A DNA stretch of 62,971 nt, the filler included, from Rhabdomonas costata (taxonomy: Eukaryota): assembly GCA_019059605.1 (NCBI GenBank). It is 44 parts of 44 records of this genome, joined end to end, with 100 filler letters (N's around TTAATTAATTAA, not from the genome) between each part and the next. Parts side by side here need not be neighbours in the genome. Positions count along the whole stretch, not along the records: positions 22,942 to 24,275 come from JAHMHO010019080.1; positions 24,376 to 25,709 come from JAHMHO010019081.1; positions 25,810 to 27,142 come from JAHMHO010019082.1; positions 27,243 to 28,586 come from JAHMHO010019083.1; positions 28,687 to 30,011 come from JAHMHO010019084.1; positions 30,112 to 31,445 come from JAHMHO010019085.1; positions 31,546 to 32,879 come from JAHMHO010019086.1; positions 32,980 to 34,315 come from JAHMHO010019087.1; 36 more parts are not named here. The stretch is one strand, 5' to 3'. This document shows, in pieces, positions 24,036 through 36,845 of the stretch (its first letter is position 1; every line of letters begins with the position of its first letter). Position numbers and translations under genes: made by a program. The notes below the pieces were generated by a model. That model was not told the origin of the DNA, did no database searches, and was given only the letters and a program-made list of their open reading frames with translations.

Positions 24036-25188
24036 GTACACCCCCACCGTCATCCCACTGCACTGCACTTTTTCCGCGACGCAAGCGAGTGGCTAAATTT
24101 CGTTAAGAGGTGCTTTCTGGGTCCGTGCGAGTTTCTTTGCCTTGTCGTTGTTGAAATGCGCAAATGGGGCCAGGTTCTTTTTCTTTCGCTGGTAATGAAT
24201 CCATCGGTTTGGAATGTGTTTCGCTTTTTATGGAAAGAAAAAGAACCTGGCCCCATTTGCGCATTCCAACAACAANNNNNNNNNNNNNNNNNNNNNNNNN
24301 NNNNNNNNNNNNNNNNNNNTTAATTAATTAANNNNNNNNNNNNNNNNNNNNNNNNNNNNNNNNNNNNNNNNNNNNGGTGGTGGGTTGATTGGCGCTGGTT
24401 TACCCATGTAATGCCACGTAACTGTGGTATAGCTGGGGGGGGGGCAGGCAAAGTGGTTGTCCTTTGGGTGACTGACCGATGGGTGCAGTCATTCGCGTTT
24501 CTTGCCACCTGTACTCTCTTGTAAAGAGTACTGGAAAGAGTATCGGCAAGAAAGGCGTTGGAACTTTGTGATTGGCACGCCAAGGTTTTGCCTTGACGGG
24601 CTCATTTCGTTTGCTTTATTTGAGTGAAGACTTTTCTTTTGTTTACCTATAGCCTCGGAGAGCTGTGCTGTTGATTTCGGTCCATTTGTGCAGAGGAGCG
24701 TAGCCCATGGGGTTTTTTGCAGCCTTTTTTCTCGCTGATGGATACCCAAATATAGTGTGTATCTTTCACTTTCTGACGGATCTGTGAACTGTTGCCATGA
24801 TGTGAGTTCGAGTTGAGGGTTCTATAAGGGTTCCGGAGCACCGGAACTGTCGAAGATTGTAGATTGGTGTGAATCCGTTCTCACCAGCTCTCAGTCAGCC
24901 TTCGCCGCGCGCTCTGGTTCAAGATGCTGTTAGCTTCGTCTGTCCTGCTTCCCAAAGCCAACACCTTCACTGCAGCACACATTCTCCCTTCATCGAATAC
25001 GATCATGTGTCAGGTGTCGTGTATATCAAAGTGTCGGTGACTGGCCCTAATCCTACCCTTTACTCCCCAATTCCCAGCCCTGACCCTGGCCCCCACCCCA
25101 TGCTGTATGCTTTCCTTGCAGTGTTCTTTGATTTATCGGTTGGAGTTCCCCACTTCCACCCCTATGCGAGGGGCTGTGCTCCACAATC

Positions 25189-25560
25189 ATGTCACGGCTG
25201 AGGCTGGTGCTCGCCCTACTGGCTGCCCTGGGCCTGCTGGGTGTCCTCCTCCCCCGCGGAGCACCTTCCCCCAGCGCTCCGTCCCGCTCCTCAAGCTGCA
25301 CCACTCTCCCTCCTCTTTCCCCGCCCCTGGGCTCCTCGAGAAGCCGTAATCCTTTGGAAGTCCCCGAGCTCCCACATGGCGGACTTTTCTCCTCAGCGGC
25401 AGCAGGGTTTCTGCAATGGGTCACGCCGCAGTGGGTCCCTGCGGTGCTGCCGGACTGCCCAGTATCCGCGAACTACGAGTGCGCCGCCAACCCGGGGGTC
25501 AGCCTGGTGGTCAGTGACGCCTTCGAGGCCGGGCCATTCGGGGCCTCCTCTGCCTCTCAG
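25189..25560 (+). CDS. Secreted or surface protein, N-terminus with signal peptide
   Basis: Exons 25189-25240 and 25397-25560 (GT-AG, 156-nt intron): MSRLRLVLALLAALGLLAAAGFLQWVTPQWVPAVLPDCPVSANYECAANPGVSLVVSDAFEAG. Confidence 0.65.
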
Positions 25561-26863
25561 GTTCATCTGTCCGAGTGTGATGCGGCGCATCGATCGTTCG
25601 CGTGTGTTTTGAGCCCCCCCCCTGTGTTTCTGAATTATCTAGTCCTCGAAAACCCTGTGCAGCTTTCAGTTAACATTTCTTACTTATCTTCTTTCGTCCT
25701 GTATCCACCNNNNNNNNNNNNNNNNNNNNNNNNNNNNNNNNNNNNNNNNNNNNTTAATTAATTAANNNNNNNNNNNNNNNNNNNNNNNNNNNNNNNNNNN
25801 NNNNNNNNNGTGGGGGTGGCAAGCCAATTTAATTGCGGTTGAGACCACATAACCGTTTTTCATGGCGGGTGTGACGCCGCCAGTTTCGAATGCGCAAGAG
25901 AACGGTGGTAGAACAATCATCCAGCCCGGCTGGGGAGCCAACGGCCGACAAGGCCCAGTACGCAATGTTGACACGCTCGTCTTGGCTTTGTTTCATGTTT
26001 AGCGCGTTGCTTCTAAAGAAAGATTGACAAAAAGCTCGATTTTAAATTGCACTTTTTAATTCTCGAGCTCGAACCCCCATTGGGTCAATGTTAACTTTTA
26101 TGGTAGGCTGGATGCCCCATTGTGTAACAACATTGACTACATGGGAAAGGGGGCACGTATATGCTTTGCACAGCAACGCAAAAGTGCCCAAATCGGCTTC
26201 TTCCAGCTAAAAGGCCAAAGTTAGGGGTAAAACGATGGTTTTTAGGCCAAAACTGATGAAAAAAGGAAGCAAAGTACAAGTACACGCGGATGAGTGGGGT
26301 GGCGACGACACAAAAAATTTACTTGGGGGTAAGCCTCGTCTTGGGGAGGGGGAGAGGAGTTCCGGTGACGGAGAAGCAAAAAGATATTGAATATTGACCC
26401 TTTTTTACTGTGTGATAGGGCATTTTAAAATTGGGCATTGTCGATTATCTAAATCTTTTGCAATTGCGCGAATCCCATAAATCGGTAAGAAAACCGGGCA
26501 TCGAAATCAGATCCATCTTAAAATCCCAAGAGCATGCGCAAGGTCCCACTGAAAACAAAAAGCGGCCAGAGAATGGTCGAAAAAGGCGTAAGCTGACTGA
26601 TATCCTCAGCACTGCGCCAGGCTACTGAACCTGGTAGTTGTAATCTTATAATCTTCTTTGAAACTACAACTGGCCAAAGACTGTCATTGGTTCATTGGTC
26701 GCAAAATGGGACGCAAGCACAAAAGCATAAACTCAGGCTCATGCGGGTGATTTCTATAGAAAGCAGCACGCCAGTCCTTGCACCGTCCAATTGAAACTCG
26801 TCACATAACCACAAAACCCCGTCTACAAGAAGAAACGGGAATTGAATGTCTTCTACCCCGTCG

Positions 26864-27142
26864 TCATGGTGCCGCCCGCGGACCAGGTCCCCAACCACCA
26901 CCACCTCCTCTGCCTGCGCGACCTCCACTGAACCGGGTCTGCTCACACACGTGGTCCAGCCTTCGGGCGTGGTCCAGGTTGTGCAGCTGAGTGGTGCAGT
27001 TGATGCCGTACCAGCACGCTGGCCTCCGCTGGGCCTCGGGCGGCAGGACTTCCGCGGACAACCCCTTGCGGTACTTCCACAACATTGCCGCGAAGACATC
27101 CGCGGCACACGACCGGCAGGCCACGGTACTGCCCGTGATTGG
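26864..27142 (-). CDS. CHFR: CHFR-like E3 ligase, C-terminal cysteine-rich region with PBZ finger, last exon
   Basis: PITGSTVACRSCAADVFAAMLWKYRKGLSAEVLPPEAQRRPACWYGINCTTQLHNLDHARRLDHVCEQTRF matches the remembered human CHFR end (VTGDTVLCYCCGLRSFRELTYQYRQNIPASELPVAVTSRPDCYWGRNCRTQVKAHHAMKFNHICEQTRF); TGA stop at 26866-26864. Confidence 0.88.
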   Translation of the reverse strand, partial: PITGSTVACRSCAADVFAAMLWKYRKGLSAEVLPPEAQRRPACWYGINCTTQLHNLDHARRLDHVCEQTRFSGGRAGRGGGGGWGPGPRAAP

Positions 27143-27262
27143 NNNNNNNNNNNNNNNNNNNNNNNNNNNNNNNNNNNNNNNNNNNNTTAATTAATTAANN
27201 NNNNNNNNNNNNNNNNNNNNNNNNNNNNNNNNNNNNNNNNNNTGTGGGTGTGCTTTATTCAC

Positions 27263-27266
27263 TGTG

Positions 27267-27321
<55 letters not shown>
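27263..27321 (+). repeat. (TG)n microsatellite
   Basis: About 29 TG units with one TT interruption. Confidence 0.97.
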
Positions 27322-27322
<1 letters not shown>

Positions 27323-27399
27323 GACTCACCCAATACCTGTCTGTTTCTAACCTTTCTGCCGTCAACCGCTTCCCCTTTCCATACTGCATCCCGGGGCAG

Positions 27400-28575
27400 G
27401 GTGACGTGGTCACTGTGGACGACCTGCCCCAGAAGCCTGAAGATGGCTCAGGCTCACCGCCTCCTGAGGAAGCGGACCCTGGGCTGCTTGGCGGCGAGGA
27501 GCTTCCGGCCAGTGCGGACCAGAGCCCGCACAGCGTCGGAGAGCGGGAGCCTGCGGCGGGAGGGATCATGGTTTGCCCCGCCAGCCCAGTGCGGAGGTTA
27601 GTGTCGGGGCGGCACTTTCCAATCCTCTCTCCCGCCCCCTTCGAGAGAGAGAAGTTAAGCCCTGTGTAGGGTTGGCCATTTTTTCGTTCGTTTGTAAAAA
27701 ACGTCAAAAAAGCGTAAAAGAAACGCAAAATCCAGGGGTCCCGAAAAACGTATAAAACCCCCGTTAAATATCGAGAGAAAAAACGTAACAAAAAATGGAC
27801 GCAAAAGATGATGGAGTAGAAATCGACCTTTGGTCTCCTGTGAGGCAGGGGGAGGGACGTGATCAGGAATTTTTTTTTCGGGTTTTTGGCCACTCTCTCC
27901 TTGTTGGAAAAGTGTTGTTTTGTGTTCGTGCAAAACTGTTGCACATATGACTGACGGACGCGGTGAAAGGTCAGGATACTCTGACCCCAAGGACCGGCTA
28001 CACAGCGTTTCAGGAGGCCTGCTGTATATACAAAAGACCCCAGGCCTGGTTCGGCTTAGCACGCGGTAGATGATTTTTGTTTCCCTTGGTTTTATTTGCG
28101 TTTTTTACTTTGCTGTCATTGGAAAATCGTCAAAGTCAAAACGTAAAAAAAAACCTTGAAATTCGCAGAAAAAAAAAGGTAAAAATCGTAATAAAAAATT
28201 TCCCAAAAGACTTCCCAAAAAATTGGCCAGCCCTGGCTGTGAGTGTTGCTTTTGATGGGTCCCATGACTGAGATGTCAGTAGACACTGCAGAGCCAACGT
28301 GTGGAATTCAGTCAAATTATGCGACCCGGAAACAGAAAGATTTCACCGCGACAAAAGTGAGTTTCGACATGTCCGGGTGTAGCTGGGGTCATTTTTATTT
28401 GCAATGCGTGGCAACCGGATTGTTACTCGCGATCCGTGTGCTCTATTTTTATCAACGGGGGTCTCCGGTTCCGTTTGATTATCAGCCACTTATCTTCCTC
28501 CCTCCATCTTTCTTCTTTCGCGGTCATTACAGAGCCGTGGGGGCTTCCAGCGGCTCTGCTCCGCAGGCCTACTCC
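27400..28575 (+). CDS. Low-complexity acidic/proline-rich protein, two exons flanking the MITE-containing intron
   Basis: Exon 27400-27596 (GDVVTVDDLPQKPEDGSGSPPPEEADPG...SPVR, donor GTTAGT, phase 2) joins the exon from ~28533 (RAVGASSGSAPQAYS). Confidence 0.5.
27667..28235. mobile_element. Non-autonomous hAT-like DNA transposon (MITE), about 570 nt
   Basis: Imperfect TIRs: TAGGGTTGGCCATTTTTT (27667) and CAGGGCTGGCCAATTTTT (reverse complement ending 28235). Many A-run-CGT subterminal motifs at both ends. Flanks are only partly duplicated (cCTGTG / gCTGTG). Confidence 0.6.
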
Positions 28576-31558
28576 CCCCACCCCCCNNNNNNNNNNNNNN
28601 NNNNNNNNNNNNNNNNNNNNNNNNNNNNNNTTAATTAATTAANNNNNNNNNNNNNNNNNNNNNNNNNNNNNNNNNNNNNNNNNNNNTGGGTGGGGGTGCC
28701 CACGCTGGAGTCGCTGCTGCCACTGCTGCTGCTACTGCTGCTGCTGAGGAAGAGTGGCATAAACGGGCGGGAGGACATGAGCGAGGGGGAGGGGCAAGCT
28801 CACTTTTACCCCCGAACATTCAGTGAAACGCCTTTCCAGATGATGTAAACACGTTCTCATCGCTCCACGACTGAAGCGCAAGTCAGCTCAAGCAAGAGAC
28901 CTGCTCAGAAGGGTTCCAGCAAAGCAGGGACTTGTTTCGCTCTTTCAAGCAAAGTATGAGGCGATGACTGCTTCTGTGCCTGTGCGGTTTATAATCAAGG
29001 GCGATAGGATGACGGGCACGTGCAGCTGCAGCAAACGTCAAAGTTATTGCCACTTAACCCATGTCCCATATTCATTTCCCATCTCCCGTTTTCCATTTTT
29101 CCACGCACCCAATGCGGGAGGAGAGGTGAAAGTCAATTTATTGACCCGAGCCCAACACCAAAAAGGACCGTACCACGTTCAAAAGAACCCAGACCCAAGA
29201 GCAAAAAGTGCCGCTCAGAAAGGAAAAAACCAACAACAGAGGGCTTTGCCCCCCTTGATGAACGTGTCGCAGCGTCTACCTCCATTGTACCATTGTACTG
29301 TCCTCGTTTTCGAAACACGGTGAAGAATCAGGAGTTGAGCTCATACATGCAATTCTGTGTGTCCTCCTTCTCTCCTTTCTCCATCTCGTCTTAAATCTTG
29401 GTTGTTTGCACAACTGAACCCGAACTTCTGCACTCCTGCTGCAGGTTGTCGACCTGGTGATGTTGTGCTGCTTTGTCTTTTGGTGAAATTCCTCCCACCT
29501 ACAACCCCAAACGTGTGTGTTGTGTGTGGGGAGCTTCATACATCCGCTTCTGGGCCCAAAGCGCCAAAATGGGTGCGGGTGTGGGGGCAGTGATCCCCTC
29601 GGAGGCGGGCTCCTCCTCCCACTGCTCGGAAGCAGGGTGGGCCAGCGTGCACGCATCAGACTCGTGGGGGCGCTGCGCTGCCGTGCCACGGCCGCGAAGG
29701 CTCTTCCGAATCGCGTGCAGGAGGTTCTGCACAAACAGGCGGACAATAATGCTCACGGCAACCAGGCAGAACACCTTGCAAAGCTGTTCAGCGATCAATA
29801 TCAGAATCATAAGGGCGCCCAGAATCATAAGGGTGTGTGGGGGCAAGGACGTGATGTGAAGCGATGTGGCAAGGAGTCTCGTTCCTTGGTGAAACTTTGG
29901 ATGCTAGTGGGAAGGCACAAGACACACACACAGACACAAGCACACTTTGTGCACTTGGCCGGCACGATTGTTTTCTGGGGAAGACTTGCGTTTCTCTCCC
30001 CCACCACCACCNNNNNNNNNNNNNNNNNNNNNNNNNNNNNNNNNNNNNNNNNNNNTTAATTAATTAANNNNNNNNNNNNNNNNNNNNNNNNNNNNNNNNN
30101 NNNNNNNNNNNGGTTGTTTTGAAAAATCATTGTCGCAGCTCGGATTGCAAACCCGTCGGAGTCCGTCCGACGATTCCAAAAGAGCAGTCGGTTCCCACCA
30201 TTCTTAACAAAACTTTCATGTACCCCCCCCCCGGACGCTCAGACACTGATTTTTCAAAACAGTTTTCAGCTCAACAGATTTTTTATTCAAAATACTCCAT
30301 TTTTGATTATCTTTCTGGAAATTATTTCGAATGTATTTCGACCCTGACCCCATGCAGCTGCCTGTTGACGAGAAGGTTGCGAGATCCACGAGCTCCAAGG
30401 CGAAGGAGGGAGCCGGGAGAATTCCAGAAGTGTTTGAACAACAGCACTCCCGAAAGTAGAGCTGGCAATATTCTCCTCTGGCGCAACATTAAAAAAAGGC
30501 GAAAAAAAAGAAGAAGAAGGCACAAAAGGTGCGGTGACAGAGCGTCACGGCAGTCATCACGTGGAACGGAGCGGGAAGAAGACTGGAAAACGGAGGGAGG
30601 GGCAACGCAGGGCATCGGCCTTTCTGGAGCAGTTGGGGTGCTTCGGGCAGTAGTAAAACTACGTGCACCAGCGCACAACAAAAACAAAATGAAAAAAAGG
30701 TTTGTGCTGGCAAAAATGGTGTGTGCAAAAATGTTTGTTGGCCCGCAACAAACGCTGAAGCATTGTGTGCGTGGGGGGTTCTCATGACAGGAGAGGCATT
30801 TTTCAGCGGGTGCAAGAAAGAGGTACCCTTGCAGCGCAAAGTGAACCGCGCAGGAAAATTCAGAAAACCTGTCGTGCGGTGTCCTCATCATGTCTGTCGA
30901 CGTTGCCTCCAGAATGAGTATGTCAATGCTTTCTGTCTGGCCCGATTTCCACACAGAAGTCACACGGAACACGAACCAGCGGCGGGCCATAGCAAAGTGG
31001 CGCCACTGACGACGAGTTAGAAGGACGACGAGAAGGATGGGTGGCCTTCACCACCTCTTTGATAAACGCCCCGCCACAACCCGACTCCCGGGCTTTAACG
31101 GACCTGAAGGAAAGAAGAGCTGCAGGGGTTGGATGGGAGCGCAGTCTGGGGACAACGCAAAGATGCCCAGAGAAGGGTGTGCGTGTGTAGGTGTGTGCCA
31201 AATACCAAAATAATGAAGGGCAGCGTGGAAAAGCTGCAAACACTCTGGAACGCGCGCACGCACGCAAACAACAACACTCACAACAACCCACAACCACATC
31301 GCAGGAAACGAAAAGAGAGAGGAAGGGAGTGTATGTGTGTAGAAAACTCCACACAGCAAGAAGGGGAGAGGCAGTTGAAGTGGGAGAAGGTGTTGAACAC
31401 ACGATACAACACAGATGAGGGCACGGAGGCAAGCCCCCCAAACCCNNNNNNNNNNNNNNNNNNNNNNNNNNNNNNNNNNNNNNNNNNNNTTAATTAATTA
31501 ANNNNNNNNNNNNNNNNNNNNNNNNNNNNNNNNNNNNNNNNNNNNTGTGTGGGGGTGT

Positions 31559-31738
31559 GGTTTGCTTCTGCCAAGTCAGATGTTGTTTTTCATCCTATAA
31601 CACGAGCCAGTGATGTGAACTGCAACGACATCGTGCTTTGAACATCTCATAACCAAGCCATTTGCTCCGACACGAAATTCACATCACTGGCTCGTGTTAT
31701 AGGATGAAAAACAACATCTGACTTGGCAGAAGCAAACC
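31559..31738. repeat. Terminal inverted repeat (probable fold-back amplification artefact)
   Basis: 61-nt perfect arms 31559-31619 and 31678-31738 at the contig start. Confidence 0.9.
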
Positions 31739-33202
31739 TTGGACCACAGCCATAAAAAAACCAAATCTACATTAACCCGGACAGACATCCGGTGACCCCG
31801 ACAAAATAAACGGGGGAATGTACCTCCGAGGGAAGTTGCGGGGCGACCTGCTGTGTTGCCAGCCGGGTCGGGGAGCTGCCAGGTGCAGCCGCAGGGGGTG
31901 GCGCAGGAGCTACAACGGCCTACAGAAACACAGGAGACCAGAGAATCCGTGACAGAGGGTGAGATGGAAGCTGAGCAATAACCCAAAGGCAAGTGATAAG
32001 ATAAGACATCACACACTAAAAGATAATCACACCGATCAGCTCAAACGGGTAAAAAAAAAGCCCATTAACGCATTTTCCGTCATGACCTATCCGTGAGTTG
32101 TATCTTCTGCGTATCCTCAGCGTTGGCCATGTTTCCGAACAAGACATTAAGACATCAAGAGGTGGCACCCAGAACCTGCAGCAGGGCCACAAGGCACTCC
32201 ACAAAAGCCTTCCTCGTGGAGGAGTCCTTGTGGGAGAGGATGACCTGTACCCATGAAAAACAGCAATTCTCATACTAAGAAGACAGTGAAGGAAAGCAAC
32301 CACATCCGAACACGACCAAAAGACAAGGCGGATTGGCAAGGCGGCCCCCCATTGAGCGTCGAGGGGGAGCAAAATGCCACCGCTGGTGACGGTTGTTGGG
32401 TATCTGCCTCTGCGTGTGCGTCTGAGCGTACAAGGGAAGCATAGTAGTGTTAACAACGCCTCACAGGCAGGCACACCGACACGAAGTGGGTTTGTATGGG
32501 CTCCAGTAGGACAGGGAGCCGGAACAGGTTGACTCGCGAGATCTCAACAAGCTGAGCGGACCACACAGAAGGACACGTTAGCAGAAAGCAGAAAACCCAA
32601 AACACAGGACAGTTCATGCAACAGCTGAGCCCCGCGCCATCGAACCAAAAATACCAGACAACAGATGATGAAAGCCAGCGAAAAATACAGGAGCTTGGGG
32701 CCTACCACGTCCACTCACCAATAATCCGGCCTTCGCATCCACAAATGAGCACCAAACAGATCGAAGCCAGCATAAGAGAACGAAGACGAATCCCTCGGGA
32801 CAATAGGGGCAAACCAAACGTGAATCTGGCCTGTGTTTTGTTTTTATTGTAATTGGGGAGATCTTGATTCACACACAAANNNNNNNNNNNNNNNNNNNNN
32901 NNNNNNNNNNNNNNNNNNNNNNNTTAATTAATTAANNNNNNNNNNNNNNNNNNNNNNNNNNNNNNNNNNNNNNNNNNNNGTGTTGGTTCTTTTTTTGAAG
33001 GGGGGGGGGTATTCCGCCTTCCCCTTCATCTCTCCCTGCGAGGCCAGCAGAGAACAAGAGGTTAGGGACAAAGCCGACAACACGCGGAAGTGTGAGTCCC
33101 AACGTGAAACAAACTGTGGACATCCCGGGTCTCAGGTCGAACCGGACACATGGGCAACCACCACAATAGAAAGGGGGGGGGGGGTGCGGGGATCGCAAAC
33201 AC

Positions 33203-33582
33203 CTGGATACCCCGCGACCACCGGGACGGACACTCCCGACACGAGAATGGTGTAAACACCGGCCAAAGGATGCTCCACGCGAACCTGAGTGCCCCCACCC
33301 CAACAGCAACAACAAACAATGGTGATGGAAAGAAATACTCCATCAGTAGGATGGGAAGCGGTAGAGAATGTTCACGAGATGAGAAGAGGTGAACGGAAGA
33401 AAGTTAGGAAGGAAGGAAGGAAGGAAGGAAGGAAGGCGCGTGAATATCGAAGCCAAGGAGAGAAGCCCTGGAAAGGGAGTGAGCCAAACCTTCTCCACAT
33501 TGTTAAGCCGGTCTCGCTGAGGTGCAGCAACGGCTGAGGCAGCCACATTGCCAAAGTACACGTTACCTGAGGGATCCACAAC
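33203..33582 (-). CDS. Subtilisin-like (S8, KP-43/Tag-type) protease, C-terminal beta-barrel exons
   Basis: Exons 33582-33490 and 33284-33203: VVDPSGNVYFGNVAASAVAAPQRDRLNNVEK|VRVEHPLAGVYTILVSGVSVPV; matches the 'PxGxxYxGN...DxxNNVExVxIxxPxxGxYTIxVxxxxVP' signature. Confidence 0.8.
33407..33436 (+). repeat. (GGAA)n microsatellite in the subtilase intron
   Basis: About 7.5 GGAA units. Confidence 0.95.
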
Positions 33583-35848
33583 CTGTGTGCACGTGCGTGG
33601 GAATGGATGAATCGCAAGTCCTGTGCCTAGCGGTGCATCTTTAAAGAGGAACGGACATCATCGAACTGAAAGAATACCAAGCGAATCTGAAACCGAAGGA
33701 GGTGTATTGCCTGTCTGCATTTGGGGGGTTGAATGAGGCACGGTGCAAAAAACAAAGTGGACTGGGGTGGGCGCTCACCTCGAGGTCAAGATCGTGGTAC
33801 AACTGCCAACGCAACACAGGCGATCCAGGAGGATCCATCCATGCCAGCGTCACCTGTAGCCACCCACCCATACATACACGGCGCACTTGCATCCAACAAC
33901 GGGAGACTAACGGGTAAAAAATCCTTCGCGGACCTTCAAGCACTCATTGACTAAGTTCCGCCCAGAAGTAGCCCCGAAAAAGGCCAGCAAACAACTCATG
34001 CAAGCAAGCAACAACCTTGAAAGGGCGACTTGTGTCCACCACGGAGACGCAGAACGACTGTGCCTGCAATAACCACAAAAAAAACAGTCCGAGAGCTCGA
34101 GGCGACATGACATCCCGAGAGAACCGAACGGAACTACCACGACACAATGAGGAAAGGCCACCCTCGCATGAGGGAGCTGCGGCATAGCATTGCAGAATAG
34201 AGTCCTAACACAGCAAAGGGATATATCGCAATTCCAACAGGACTCAATCACGCAAAAAGGTTAAAGGGTACTTCAACAACTTAATGGCTGCAAAACGGCA
34301 AAATAAAACAACCCCNNNNNNNNNNNNNNNNNNNNNNNNNNNNNNNNNNNNNNNNNNNNTTAATTAATTAANNNNNNNNNNNNNNNNNNNNNNNNNNNNN
34401 NNNNNNNNNNNNNNNGTGTTTGTGTACTGATTAGGGGGTGCTTGAGCACGATGGTTGCCATCAATCAGATCGCAGATCGGCTAAGTCCTCTGCAACACTT
34501 CCCCCCTTCCCTCTACTCCAAACGATTTTTTTTAGAATTTTCCCACCTTACCGTTTTGCGCTTTCTTGTTTTCTTTTCCAGATATTTTCATTGCTTTACA
34601 GGTATTTTCAAGGTGTGGTTGGAAAAAGATTAGGGCCCATGAGGGGTGGGGGGTGGAGGGGAGTGAGCGAATACGCGCGTGACCCTACTTGTTTACACCG
34701 GTCCGTGCATGCGGCGAGGGTGGTTCTGCCACTGATTCCGCTCGCACAGCACCTGAGTTGGTGGCAAGATCGCCACCACGGTTGCACGGTTGCATTCACG
34801 TCCATGTATTATCCATGTAGTCTCTGACCTCTGTGGCCGCGAGTGTCCAGAATTTGGGTGCGTGACTGCGTAAGTAGTGGGGATGGTGTTTCTGATGGCT
34901 GTGATGGCTGCCCTCCGGCTTGTGTGCATAGGCCGGTGTTGCCCCTCGAACCTACTTTGGGGCCTTGCTGGAGTCCCGTGAGGGGGGCCCTGAGGAGGGG
35001 TCTTCGGATGGGGTGGTGCCCCTGTCCGGACCGCACTGCTTCTTCCCCATGCCCACCCTCCGATACAGGTACGGCAGTTCCCTTGAACTATGACAGCCGC
35101 AAACAAACAAACATTTGCATCCGGCCTTTTTCCTCCGAAAGTTCCCTCTCCGCGCGCGCGCACGCACACACACACACTGATATACTGCACACGCATGCGC
35201 CACGCGTACTCGCACGTGCATTCTCCAGCTCGCAAATAAATGGAGCATTTGGTCGCACAGCGGGCCCTTTCTGTTTGAAAACAGAATTGATTTGAACACT
35301 TGCTTTTTTTCAGGCTTTCATAAAAAGATGCCTTAAAAAGACCCCCAAAAGACAAAAAAAACTGCATCACGGTGTCATAACTTGCCGACCATTGAACTCG
35401 CCAACTACGCTGTCCGGTCCCGTTGCAACCCACCAACTTTACTTTAACTTACGCAAGAAGCGTGCGCGTCCGCTTACCACCAGAAAAGTGGAGGCTTGGA
35501 CGACCTGAGGAAGTTGTGTGGTCTGATATCAACTTTTCACAGTATGGCCTTGCGCCGCGCCACGCCTGGCGCTGGGCCAGATTTCTTCCCTTCTCTCCCC
35601 CAGGAAGGGTCCTCTGTGCGGGATCCTCTCCTCTGCGCTGGGCTCGCTGCACACCCGCCTGTCCCGGTGGACCCACCAGCTGCAAAAAAGCTCACGGCCA
35701 GGGTTTGTGTCCCACAGTTTTATAGCCCTTCTCCCCTCGCCCCGAGTGNNNNNNNNNNNNNNNNNNNNNNNNNNNNNNNNNNNNNNNNNNNNTTAATTAA
35801 TTAANNNNNNNNNNNNNNNNNNNNNNNNNNNNNNNNNNNNNNNNNNNN

Positions 35849-36845
35849 CGGTGCTGTCAATGGGGTCGCCGTCCATCCGGTTCCAGACTGGGGGATGCTG
35901 GCATGGGAGAACCCGCTGGACCCAAGGACACCGGTGGAGGCGGAGGGCAGCGAGGGCTGAGGATGAGCAGATCCCCCGGAAGACCTAACCACGGGGAGAA
36001 AACGAGAGAGCAGAGAACGGTGATGGTATGCAGCAACTGACTAACCATTATCGACCAAGTGTCTCAAGGGAGGACGATGTTCTCAGATTGCTAGAGGTTC
36101 CCACAGACGTTTCGCAGGCTCACTCTCTTCGGCCTACCATATGCGCCGTTAACAGCTGCCACCGGGGGCACAGCGGCGCGGGCACAGAGCAGCAGCCAGA
36201 AAGAGGAGCGAAAGCGGAGGTGGGGTCTCTGTGCAAACTGCATCAACACTCTGATCCCAGCCCACCCCTGCAGTGTTGACCGTCCATGCAGACGTGCCCG
36301 CAGCGAGAGACAACAAAGCAACCCTTTCTGCGGAGAAGTGGTCGGGCCGCGGGCGGTGGAGGAAGCGGCAGTGGTGCCCCACAGCGCCTTGCCGGGCGCC
36401 GGCCAGTTGGGGTGCACCAGGCCTGACGTCGCAGCTGAGGCACACACAAACACAGACTACACATAGGCTTCAGCGGGCGATGGCACCCTTGGGCAAATTT
36501 CCCCATTGTCGCATGAATTCTGTTGCTAAAAGGGAAATACACCATATATACACACGCGCTGATCTCGCTTCCTCCCTGTCTCTTCTCTCGCTATCCAGGT
36601 TACCCGAGGGGTCCGGCAGGGAGGACTGGTGGGGGTTCGTGTTGGGGTTCGGGTTCGGATTGGGCAGCCGAGCGCAGCGTGCCGATAGCGGACCCATGGG
36701 CAGCGGCAGGCTCATCGGGAACCCTTTCGGCCCAAGCGAATGGGGTGCCACCCCACGGGGGCCACTGGGGAAGCCCTGCGGTGGTTGACGCTGAGGCTGA
36801 GGAGGTACCGCTGAGGGCACGCTAAACTCACTGCCACTGACACTG
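35849..36845 (-). CDS. Pro/Ser-rich hypothetical protein, three exons
   Basis: Phase-compatible GT-AG exons: SVSGSEFSVPSAVPPQPQRQPPQGFP...PNPNPNPN...DPS|AATSGLVHPNWPAPGKALWG...PQKG|SSGGSAHPQPSLPSASTG; boundaries approximate. Confidence 0.45.

Noticed and set aside
25241..25396. GA-AG intron or Pro/Ser linker in the signal-peptide protein
   Set aside because: A canonical GT donor at 25241 gives a clean signal peptide.
26081..26400. Possible MITE bounded by GGGTCAAT...ATTGACCC
   Set aside because: The inverted repeat is short and imperfect, and there is no TSD.
27950..28060. Hammerhead ribozyme in the MITE core (CTGACGGA...GAAA)
   Set aside because: The core deviates from CUGANGA and the required stems do not form.
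27255..35436. Long six-frame ORFs such as 27255-27944, 30119-30787, 30322-30990 and 34693-35436
   Set aside because: They run through microsatellites or repeats or lie antisense to exons, and have no recognisable motifs; treated as spurious.
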